From contig LSRY02000001.1 of NCBI GenBank assembly GCA_001643675.2, positions 248,001 through 312,000 on the forward strand: 64,000 nt of DNA. Reading direction: 5' to 3'. Position 1 is the stretch's first letter, and every line of letters starts with the position of its first letter. Shown here in pieces: positions 53,224-64,000 of the stretch. This DNA is from Monocercomonoides exilis PA203 (lineage: Eukaryota > Protista > Preaxostyla). A program made the translations under genes and the position numbers. The notes beneath the pieces are model-generated. The model was not told the origin of the DNA. It saw nothing but the letters and a program-made list of their open reading frames with translations, and searched no databases.

Positions 53224-55935
53224 TTGTTGATTTATACCTTCTTTCGCTTCTTTTCCTTCTTTTCCTTCTTTTTGCAACGAAACTTAATCATTTTTAGAGA
53301 ATTTGATAGAAGAAGAAGGAGAAGAATTTCGAAAGGAATTTCGAGAGGAAGAAGAAGAAGAAGAAGAAGAAGAAGAAGAAGAGGAAAAAGAAGAAGGATA
53401 ATGTAACGAATTATTTTTCTCCTTCTTGTAATTTCTTCCTTTTATTTGAAAAAAATGGCTTTCTATTTTTCTTCTTCTTTCTCTTTCTCTTTCTTTGTTT
53501 CTTCTTCTTCTTTCTTCGATGTCCAATGAACGTGAAGTCAACGAACCAGAATAATCTTCTGAATAATCACGTAAGAGAAAAGCAGAAGAAGAAGAAGAAG
53601 AAGAAGAAGAAGAAGAAGAAGAATTAAAAGGAGAAGAACGAGAAGAAGTGGAAGAAGAAGAGGAAGAAGAAGAATGAGGAGGAGAATCATGAGGCTAAAG
53701 TGAGAGCATTTGAAGAGTGTTGAGATGTGTTTGAGGAGTTGAGCAAGTTGCTAAAAGAAGAAGAAGAAGAAATTCTGAGAGCTTGGCGATCGATACGGCG
53801 AATTTTTGTGTGAGGAGATGACTGTTTTACAATTCAAAAAGGATTAGAAATTTTCTGTGAAAGCCATTCAGCTGAGTTTGGCAAGGAAAAAGAAGTTGAT
53901 GATTAACCACAATTTTCTGGGTGTATATGATGTGAGGCTGTTTGAGGAATAATTCAGAGCCGGCTTTGTTTGCTGGGCTAAATGCAGCGGAGCAAGTGTT
54001 TGTTCTGGCGAGGCTTATGAAACTGGGGCAGAAGGCGAAGAATAGCTGGAGAAGAGTGTGAGGAGGCGTGTGGCTCTGGTAGAGAAAGCGGAAGGGCAGC
54101 TGAAGTCGCAAGTTATAGACAAGAAAGAAGAGGAGAAGCTGTTTGAGGCAGCTCATTAAACGAGACAAGATGTTGGGGAGCTGTTAAAGGAAGAAGAAAA
54201 TGGAGATGAGAAAAAAGAGAATATAATTCGAGTTCACATGACGAAAGAAATGATTGTGGAGGAGATGAAGGAGCTTGTGCAGAAGAAAGAATGGATTCCA
54301 CATTATATGAAGAAGATTGCGTTCAACGGCATACAGCTGAGTGGTATGCGCGCAATGAGCGATTGCAACATCAAGAACAACGATGAACTGAAGCTGACGC
54401 AGCGTCTGCTAGGGTGTATACCTGAAGTGAAAGGGCAGATGAGGCAGACGAAGCAGATGGAAAGAGAACTGAGGCTGAGTGGAGGAATGGCAATGTCGAT
54501 GGATAACACTGCAGGAGCAGGTGTATTGGCAGTGTTGATGCTGATAACGTTGATACAATCGAATGCAATACAGAGGATGAGCAAGCAGGAGCGATGCCTC
54601 GAAGAGCATTTCAGATTGTCCACTCTTTTTCAGTGGATGTTTAGTTAAGTACTTAGAAGTTGTTGAATATGGAAACAGAGAATAAGCATTTTGACTTTGG
54701 TTTTGCTTCTTTTGGCTCTTTTGTAGATGGTGGTGGAGGTGATGTTGAGGAAGAAGAAGAGATAGCGCCAATTGCAAAGTTTCAGAAGGATGAACATTCG
54801 AAGGAAAAGAGGAAAAAATAATATCATCACGTAGCTTCTTTTCTAAATGCTCTAATCGAGTGGAAGCATTTCTATCTGGGTTATTTGCGGAATCTGCTTG
54901 GATGTGAGGGGCAAGGTGTGGGAAGCGATACGTGTGAGTGGGCGATGGCTTTTCCTTTTGCGTCAGCGAATATGATTGAAGGCACCGATACGTTTACGTC
55001 AGCAGCGTTTGAAGCGACACTGACAGATGTTTGTGCACTGCAGGTTTGCATGGAGAAGGCATAAGAGAAGAGTTGAGGAAGGGGAAGTTCTTCAATTTGG
55101 AGAATGAAAACAGCAGCAGTGCTGTTTGTGAAGGAGATAACTTCGTTTGATGAAAAGAAAGAAGAAGTAAAAAATGAAGGAGAGAGAGAAGGATAAATGC
55201 AAACAAGGTTACGCAGATTGCAGTTGAATGGGCCAGGCAAATGCTTGCAGATGAAGTCGGTAGTTGTGAAGGAGTTTGTGAATGATGCGAGCGAAGAGTG
55301 GGAAATGAATGAGGAGGGCAAAAGGCGAGGAAGGATGAAGAGTGGGAGAAGATGCGAGCCGGGTTAGTATGTGTGTGTGATGTTGTACTGAATAACACGA
55401 TGAGAGTGAAGAGTTCGGTGAAGGTGCAGATGCAAGCGCCAGGAGAGTTGATCCCGCAACAAATGTTCAGCGCGACGAGAACACAGAGCATTATTCTAAA
55501 GGTGAATGGTACACAGATGTCGTTGCATACGTTCTTTTTTCCAATGAGACAAGTATTTGGTGCTATCCTGTGCCGGCGGCAATGCGGGAGCATGACGTGT
55601 GTTGCAGACGAGAGGGAGGGAACCGAGTGAAGGCAGAAACAGAAGGGACAATGGATGAAGAAGTGTGGAGAGGAAGCTCATATTTGTCACAGAAGAAAGA
55701 AAAGGAAGTATTTTTGAAGATTCTGGAGAAGGAGAATCTCTGCCGAGCAGATGTGGAATTTTCAATGAAATTGTAACGGATGGAGGTGTATAATGTGTTT
55801 GAGAGAGTGATTGTGTGATGTTTCCTGCGTGTGAAGATGCACGTGGTGAAGGGAGATGTGTATGTGCAAGAGTATCCCCAGCTGATCAATGTGCAAACTT
55901 TTGTGTTTGTGCCAAAGGAAGAAGTTATCAAGTTA
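51340..55935 (+). pseudogene. Heavily decayed large gene containing a ubiquitin-like domain
   Basis: GC-richer, coding-like sequence with many stops. The Ub-like segment MIVEEMKELVQKKEWIP...IAFNGIQL...MSDCNIKNNDELKLTQRLLG lies at 54238-54415. Confidence 0.6.
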
Positions 55936-56760
55936 GTAGATTTTTATTCAATTATATAAGAAGGATTCATCCCTCAAATCCGTTGGATTACAAACAAAAG
56001 AAGCTATCAAAAGATCCTCCATTCACTTTCACTTCGTTTTCATTCCCTGCACGTAACATCATCAAGCCTCATTTTGACTTCATTGTGCTTCCACATCCTG
56101 GAAATGCGCTCGAATTCATATCTTTGTTTGTTGCGTAATTAATGAAGCAAAAGTTGGCTATTAACAACTAACCTTTCAATTCAAAAATATGTTCAAATAA
56201 TAAATTTTGTTGTAAATTTTATGTTTCGAAACAAAATGCAAACCACTAAAATTAAACAATTTTCGTATGCATAAAACATGTGGAGGCAAATTTTGTTTTA
56301 TAGAAAAGTTCAGGTACGAATTGTTCATAAAAAAACTTCTGTTAAACAAACAACTAAATTACATGAGAATAAAAATTTTTTGTACAAAAATTATAGAGGA
56401 ATACGTTGTGCACTTCATGAATCAGCAGTTGCAAAATAGTCCAAGCTAATAAAACCTTTTCATATTCAAAAACTGAAATTTTCATTTTGATCATAAAATT
56501 GGATATATTATTTTTTGTTTCAAATTGTTTTTTCTCACAAAGAAGTTTGCAATGAACCAACAAATATCATTATGAAAGTTTGATATATCCATTTGTATAA
56601 TGGTAACGGAATGATTAAAAAATAACTTCCATGGGTCAGATTTTTGATCTGATGTCACTTTTCAAAAAAATTTAGCCATATTTGAGCAAAAACGTTTGAT
56701 TTTGTCACAATTTCAATTCAAAAAATATGGAAATGATAATTTTCAATCCATTTGACAAAT

Positions 56761-56988
56761 ATTTTTTGAAAAGTTCCTTTTGTTTAATTATCAAATAAAA
56801 TAAAAATTTCATGATTTTATTAAATTTCTGTTCCCACTCACGAAATTTCTCTAAAATGGAAACAAAATCTTAATAATGATATTATTTCCATTCAAGTGAA
56901 GTTTCGTGAGTGCGAACAGAAATTTGATTAAAATATGATATTTAAATTTTATCTGAAAATTAAACAAATGGAACTTTTCAAAAAATTT
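56761..56988. repeat. Palindromic repeat, copy 2 (diverged)
   Basis: TTGAAAAGTTCCTTTTGTTTAATT...AAATTTCTGTTC / GAACAGAAATTT...AATTAAACAAATGGAACTTTTCAA; same family as 23554-23782. Confidence 0.85.
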
Positions 56989-58056
56989 TTGACATTTTAA
57001 AAAGAAAAATATAAATTAAACACCTCGAAAAATGTTGCATTTTCAAAAAATTTCACCCAGATATTCTCCAAAATCAATATTTTTGAGTATAATTGAAATA
57101 AGTTTTCTTTCAGTTTATTTAGTCATTTGCTGAGTGTTAGAAAGTTCTCAAAATAGAAATATTTTGTTTTTGTTTGTGAAAACATAAAAAAAATCTTTGT
57201 TCAAATTATTTGTCAAGAGACAAATAATATGATTAAATTTGTTTTGGATATATTTTTTTGATAGTAATCGAAAATTATTTATGAACAAACGTTTTATTTC
57301 AGCAATTCGTTCTGTTGGATTTTAAAGTTGTTTTTAATGGAGATTCTTGATAGTGAATACGAACGTTGTTCATTTTTGAATAAATCGAATTGGATAAATA
57401 AGTAATAGATAAATGAATCTTTCATTAATCAACAAATTGAATGTTTTGTCAATAATATTTTTTTAAACTGAATTGTGATACAATTAACTTTTTTATAAAA
57501 ATTGTTTTGAAAATTCTATGATTCCAATGATTATGAATTTTTTCCAAATGAATGGACAGTTTTTCATCTTTTGAAAAATAATAAATAGAGTTTCAATTTT
57601 TCTTTATTTTCACTGATTTTTCAAAAAATATTCATAAAAAGCACTTTCCAACATTCACCTGCTGACCTGTTCAATTCGAACAATTTGAATCCTGAAAATT
57701 CTCGAAATGATTTATTTTGAATCAAAAGTTTTCGAAATTTGAATTATTCATGGTGAGCTTCCGAGTTTATTTTAAAATAATCCGTAAAACTTTAAAAATT
57801 TTAAAGTTATTTGAAACATTGTTAGCAAGCTTGCAAAAATATTCAAGAATACGATTCTTTGAAACAAATCATTTTTCATATATAAAAAATTAATCAATTT
57901 AAATAATCAAAAAAATTAAATGGGTATGATCAAAATATTCATTAACAAAATCTTCTTTTATCTAAAGTTTCCAAATTTCGAAAACGTTCAACATCATCTT
58001 ATTAAAAATAAAATGTGATTAATCATCAATAATTATTTGCAAAAAAACTAAAAACA

Positions 58057-58129
58057 CGACCTTGATGGGACTCGAACCCACAACCTTCAGCTCCGGAGGC
58101 TGACGCGATATCCATTTCGCTACAAGGCC
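58057..58129 (-). tRNA. tRNA-Arg(CCG)
   Basis: GGCCTTG acceptor stem pairs with CAAGGTC, D-loop TAGCGAAATGGATA, anticodon arm TCAGC-CTCCGGA-GCTGA, T-loop GTTCGAGTC. It is followed by a T-run Pol III terminator. Confidence 0.96.
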
Positions 58130-58389
58130 ACGCTTAAAAAAATTTGAGTAATTGATAACAATAGATAACATTTTTAAAAAATAATCAAATGTAAACCATT
58201 GATAAACTTCAAAATTGTAACAATTGAATAAAACATACATACAATTATTTTTGAAAATGCAAATGTACTTTTACGGCTCCTTTTCAACATTTGTTAATAA
58301 ATCTCATTTATGAATATATTGTCCTATCAATTAAGGTTAAAATTTTAATGAAAAAAACCTCAAAAACATTAACAAACAAATAAAATACC

Positions 58390-59046
58390 TCATTTTCTTG
58401 AATAAGAAGATGCAGAAAAAACAGGATTATAATCTCCAGGTCCAGGTGTTGAATACTGTCGAGGATCGCTAAATTTGATTCGTGGATTTATTTGTGAAAT
58501 AGATGATGAAGGAAGACTCGATGATAGCAACATATAGCTTGAAAATTCTGGAACTTCTTCACTCTCTTTCATTGACAAGGAAAATGGATCCATCATAACT
58601 TTTGAATTTTTAATTTCTTTTTGAGAAGAAACATCTTTCATTCCTTTCAAAAATAGAGAACTTTCATAACGGCTTTTTCGAGATATAGGGAAATCTGCAT
58701 TCCTTTGCTTCTGTGCGCCCATGGATTCTTTGAAAGACAATGGCGAAGTTTTATTTCGTAAATACGCAGGAGTCAGAGTAAGTTCCACTGCTTTTGGTGA
58801 ACAATACAAATGCGAAGTTCCTTTAAATGTATTGCATCTTGTTGAATTGCAAAATGATTTCTTCAATTTTGTAGAATCATCAAATTTTAAATCACTTTTC
58901 GTTGATGCCGAACGGAACGAGCTTTGAAGAGATAATTCATCGCAAGAATGATCTACAAATTTCGGATGCTTACATAAGACTTTTGAATAAGAATCCTCTG
59001 GAGGCATAAGACGAGAATCTTCAATAGAAAATGCTCGATGATACAT
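58390..59046 (-). CDS. Hypothetical Ser-rich protein with a C-terminal STPGPGDY (SHIPPO/PG-repeat-like) motif
   Basis: Single ORF from MYHRAF with one TPGPGxY motif. Confidence 0.6.
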   Translation of the reverse strand: MYHRAFSIEDSRLMPPEDSYSKVLCKHPKFVDHSCDELSLQSSFRSASTKSDLKFDDSTKLKKSFCNSTRCNTFKGTSHLYCSPKAVELTLTPAYLRNKTSPLSFKESMGAQKQRNADFPISRKSRYESSLFLKGMKDVSSQKEIKNSKVMMDPFSLSMKESEEVPEFSSYMLLSSSLPSSSISQINPRIKFSDPRQYSTPGPGDYNPVFSASSYSRK

Positions 59047-59253
59047 TGTGTTTAAAATTAAGGTTTTGAATAACAGATTTATGAATGAAAAGAAAAAAAA
59101 AATCATTTCTGAAATGGTGCATCAAGCTTTCTGAAAAGCTATTAGACTGAAATGAAAGATCACAAGATTATGAAATGATAAGAAAAATTGAATGAAAAAT
59201 GTATTGAACTTTTGATAATCGAATTCTTGAAAATGTGAAATGGTAAATCTTGT

Positions 59254-59908
59254 CTATGGATCCATTGTACGAAATACCTCCGATAGAACATAATAGTTTC
59301 TATCAGGATCTTTGCTTAATATAAATGTGGTGTGGAAGGCCTTAACTGGATCATCACTAAACTGAACAGTCCCAGAGACAGAAACCAACATTGACTGAAA
59401 ATCAAATCCATGAACTACATTTAACAAATAAACAAAAAAAGGAACAATCAGTTTCAAAAAATTATTAAAAGAAATTATTCAAACTGAATATAGGTTGAGA
59501 ATCAATCGAATGAATAACATGTTTTGATGGAGGAAGCGCAATAAAAAAGTCTTGTATTCTTTGAACTTCAGGATTTGGATAAGGATTTCCATTCCATACA
59601 ACTTGACTTATTTCTCTAAATGTTGTATTTAATTGCTGAAATGTTGCCCAATTAAAATTGAATTCAAAAACAAGAATAAAAATATAATTCAATAAAACAA
59701 GTACAATATCTTATATATTAAAATAGAAGCAAAAACAAACCAGACGATCTCGGTCCATCGATGGATAAAAAAACTGAGTTACAAATTGCTTGGCAATTTC
59801 ACAAGATTCACTAATAATCTGCTGAACCTTTGTCTTGGGATCTAAAAATTTTGAAAAGATGATTCATGCATATTATCAATAAATTGGTATCATACCTACA
59901 ATTGCCAT
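59254..59908 (-). CDS. NXT1: NTF2-related export protein (NXT1/p15-like), four exons
   Basis: AKQFVTQFFYPSMDRDR, SQVVWNGN, LPPSKHVIHSIDSQPI, MLVSVSGTVQF and FHTTFIL...YYVLSEVFR. Confidence 0.8.
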
Positions 59909-60375
59909 TTCGATAAATCTAAGTAATTAGATCTAAACCTTAACTATGTATTTTTCATTTCCAAAAAACAAATTGCTTATCCAAAATTTAGGAAATCTTT
60001 GATATTTTGAGAAATTGAAAAAATATTTGAATTAAAAAATTAAACATTTTGCGCATAGATTCCGTTTGAAATTTCAATTGTCTTATTCTTCAAAAAACAG
60101 AACTGAATGAACGTTTATTGAATATTTGTTAAACTTTCTTAACAATTCATGAATGTTACATCGATATGGCATTTTAAAAAACATTTAACTGAAATGAGAA
60201 TAACTCCATATGTTATCATTCTTTTGTTAATGTGGATCATATCTCAGAAAATGACAGAAACAATCATAACTTTTATATTTTTTTTGTAATATTCAGAAAG
60301 AATAGGAAAAAGTTGTGTATACAATATAATTGACCAAGTACATTTTTTATGTAACCATATTTCAGTGTTATTTTT

Positions 60376-63020
60376 ATGCTTTGCCTTTCTTATTCGACCC
60401 AAGAGCCTTCAATTCATTTGTGGGATTCATCTAATGGAGTTATAGTTACAACCTTTAAAAATAATCAAAGTAAAAATCAGTGTCTATTAATTACTGATTC
60501 GTTTATTATTGCTGCTCAAAATATTAATGCCTCAAATCCTGGAAAAAAACAAATCATTCACATATGGACGTACAACCAGGTACTTTTTATTGTTAAAACA
60601 AAAACTGATTTTTTGGCAATCAACTTTTCATGTTATTAAATTAAAATGAATTTATTAAAAAACAAATATATTTTCAGATACAACCTATATTCAAAGTATT
60701 TGTTTCGGATATAATAACGTGCATGGCTGGAACATCAAATGGGCTATATCTTGCTGCAGGAACTACTTCCGGTTTTGTGTATTTTTGGGAAATTCCTTCA
60801 GGGAGATTGATTTCAAAGACACAGACGCATCATCGCTCTATATCTGCTATAACTATTGCCAACGATTGCTCATCATTGGTTGTTGGAGGAATAGATGGAT
60901 ACGTTGTTGCATTAAAGCCAGAAATGTATGATATATTTTTTTGAAAGAGTTTTTGACAATTTGGTTTTTATTTAAGTTTTTTCGGACTTACTCAAAATGA
61001 AAATTCTAGAATTTCTTCACCAGTACATCGACTAGGGCTAGTTCAGCTTTCGTATCACCACTGTCCATCGTCAGCATCATCTTCTTCATGTTCTGCGTCT
61101 TCTTGCTTTTCTCTATCCTCATCATCTTTCACTCGATCAACAAGAGCAGCCGGTGCTGAGTTTTTCGAAGAGTCATCCACCATAAGTGATGCCGCGCCTC
61201 CATCAACACTCGCATTATCGACGCTTTCTCCGTCTTCAGCCCATCAATTTGTTTTTTCTCTGTCAAAAGACCGAACATTGCGTGTGCTTCGGACGCGCAC
61301 TTTGGATGTCTTGTACACATACGTGCTGCCGGCAGAGCCTGTCTGCTTTGTTGTGGACGGAGTCTTAAGGAAGCGGGCGTATGTTGGGTGTGCTGATGGA
61401 GGAGTGTATGCCCTCGTTCTCGATGAGAGCAGCTGGAGCACAAAAGGGATGGACGAAGTGATGCCTGCTGGTGCAAAGAATGGTGTGCTTTTGATTGTAT
61501 TTTAGAAAGTTTTTATTCTTTTTTTGAATTTAAATAAAAATTATTTTATTTTATTTTCTTTTCTTAATAAATATTAATTCTTTCTAATCATTTTTACTCA
61601 AAAAAATAAAATAAAATAAAATAAAAAATAAAACGCTTTTCCATTCTCTTCTCATCTCTTTATATTCATTTCAGCCCAACCAGATTCCGACCTTCTCTCG
61701 TTCTCCCCCGCCTTCTCCCCTTCAGCCCACATGACAAACGAGTGTGTGTGTGTGCTCCGCCTTTCTTCTCCCGTCGCCTCGCTTTCTCTCTCCACAGACG
61801 GCATGACTCTGATCACTTCAACCAACGACGGAACCATCGCTGTCTGGGAGATCGGCCTGGCTGCGGAGAAAAAAGCACGGAGAAACAGAAAAACTGGCTC
61901 ATTGCTGTCGAAAAGGAAAAACGAGAAGACAAAAGGCAGCTCCAAAAGGACATCTTCTGCTTCTTCAAGCTCACTCGCTGCCGGAGACGATTTGCTTGAC
62001 GAAAACGGAGAAGAAAGTGGAAGCGAAAGCGGAAGCGAAGATGAGGACGAAGAGAGAGAAGGAGAGGAGCAAGTGATAACATCGTCCTGCTTAAGACGCC
62101 TGACGCTGCACAAAACAGATGCTCCTTCTGGAATGGCCGCAGCAACAGCAGCTGCTTCTATTTCTATTTCTGCTTCTGCTTCAACTGGAGCAGGGCTGGG
62201 GTCTCCTTGCTTCGTCGTCCCCTTCACAAACACAGTAGCTCTTCAGCTGCTGTCGTCGTCTTCGCTCTACACACCCACTGCCTCTTCGTCGAGCCAGTCT
62301 TCGCTTTCGTCGCTGTCTTCACTTCCTTCTCTGCACAATGCAGCTTCTTCTTCTTCTTCCTCTTCCTCATCTTCTTCCTCTTCTTCTTCACAGGAAGCTT
62401 CATTCACTTCTTCTCAGCCAGCAAACGAGCTATCTGCTGTCGACTCCCTCATCCCTCCTCCTTCGACCGTGGACGGGTTCATCTTCGGCGTTCCCGTGTC
62501 TTCTCTTTCGCTTCTCTCTTCGTCGTCTCTTTCGTCTGCGGGGAAGGCAGCATCACAAGCTCCTCAGACAGGCTCGGCGCGGAGGGTGGTTGTGCTGCCG
62601 TTTCAGAGAGAAACAAGCAGCGTTCCAGAGCAGCTGCCGTACTATGCGCCCACAACGAGCGCGTCTGTGTCGTTTATCGACGATGTGATGGGCGAAGAGA
62701 AAGGAGGAGAAAGAGAAAGAGAAGGAAGAGGAGAAGATGGCACATATGTTGGAAGCGTGTCAAACGAGCAGGGCGCAGGTGAGTGCCTGGATTCTTGCTT
62801 GCCTGTCTTTTCAAGCAGCCTTACCAGCCCTTCAGCGCTTGCGGTGCCGATTGAAAGAAAAGAGCAGACGGAAGCGATGGCAACTGATTCATTACTGGCA
62901 CCAGCCCCAGCACAAACACAAGCACAGCTGCCGTTGAATGCAAATGTGGATTCCTTTTCGTCAGATGAGAAGAACCAGTATCATTCGTTCTTTATCGAAT
63001 TCCTGGAAAAAATGCTGTAG
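60376..63020 (+). CDS. WDR18: WD40 pre-rRNA processing factor, WDR18/IPI3-like (multi-exon)
   Basis: IHLWDSSNG...FK, IIAAQ, IHIWT, NGLYLAAGTTSGFVYFWEIPSGRL...HHRSISAI...LVVGGIDGYV, SLSKDRTLRV and LSLSTDGMTLITSTNDGTIAVW. Confidence 0.75.
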
Positions 63021-63951
63021 CTTCACTTCACCAATTTTGCTAAACTAAACACTTCATTCAGAAAAAGAAAAAAAAAAGATTAAGACTTTAAACGATTTGA
63101 GAAAGACTTGATAAAAATGATTGAAAAAATTAAAAATAAAATAAAATAAAAAAAAATAAAATAAAATAAAACTGTTCTCAAAAGAAAAGAAAAGAAAAGA
63201 AAAGAAAAGAAAAGAAAAGAAATTTTGTGAGTAAATAATAGTGAATTGAATCACGTTCTTATTTTGTCGTTTTCAAAGAAAAGAAGTGTTCTATTTATTT
63301 TATTTTATTTTTCCCTTTTCATTTCATGCTCCTTTTTGATATGAAGAACGGAAAAGACGTAAATCATTTTACAAAAACAAGCAAGCATACAAATAATATA
63401 AATCTAAAAAAAAAATAATAATTTTCCTTTCTCAGTCTTTATTTTTATTCACGAAGCACAATAAACATCAAAAACCAATTCAAACAAGCACGCAACATCT
63501 TTTTCCTTGTTGGAAATACAAATTTTGCCTTACAGTGAATTCTGTTCAATTGTACAACTCTAACCAAAAAATAGCTCCAAAATGCTTTTTCCAGTCATGT
63601 CCTTCCTCCTTCTCACTCTCCCTTCCAATCTCAATCCTTAATTTTTCTTCCCTTTTGATTATTTTTTAGTGTCTAAGATATCAAAACTAAATTGATTCCT
63701 TGCAGATCCTTCTTTGAATATAGTAAATGCTTCACCATTTTCCTTGCTTCTATCAACTTCTTTGCATTTTTGCCTTTTCCAAAAATTCCTTTTATTTATT
63801 TATTTATTTTTATTTTTGCAAAAAAAAGAATTCTTTTAATCATCTGTACAAACAAAGAAATTAATGCAGTGTCTGACGATTCAAGTGAATGACGAAGGAA
63901 AATTTTGTCAATAGTTTCTATAAAGCTTCAGACGATCAATAAGCTTTAAAT

Positions 63952-63955
63952 GAAG

Positions 63956-63987
<32 letters not shown>

Positions 63988-64000
63988 CTAGTAGTAGTAG
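63952..64000. repeat. (GAA)n / (TAG)n microsatellite
   Basis: Directly visible. Similar GAA runs occur at ~53175-53222, ~53348-53383 and ~53585-53622. Confidence 0.9.

Overview
Eukaryotic, AT-rich, intron-containing protist DNA in the standard genetic code. It most resembles an oxymonad such as Monocercomonoides; this is inferred from gene families and composition and was not verified. The first ~23 kb is a transposon-rich accessory region. It holds two full-length, mutually divergent DIRS1-type tyrosine-recombinase retrotransposons (324-5018 on +, 10940-17091 on -). Each has a gag-like ORF, RT-RNaseH-methyltransferase and an overlapping YR ORF, short ITRs, and an internal complementary region that spells out the circle junction. 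DIRS-A interrupts one copy of a head-to-head pair of repeat-built type I surface-protein genes, and DIRS-B sits in a pseudogene of an expanded family. A Merlin/IS1595-type transposase with one nonsense codon and several palindromic MITE families are also present. The rest holds spliced host genes: a Pro-rich Zn-finger protein, an apparent Kelch-BTB-MUN (Munc13-homology) fusion, GTF3C2-like WD40, a multi-TM protein, an Ariadne RBR ligase, NXT1-like and WDR18/IPI3-like genes, plus tRNA-Arg(CCG), pseudogenes and microsatellites. The strongest leads are the DIRS elements (junction chemistry, dual coding, variant YR motif, structured 3' region), the interrupted inverted surface-gene pair and the Kelch-BTB-MUN architecture.
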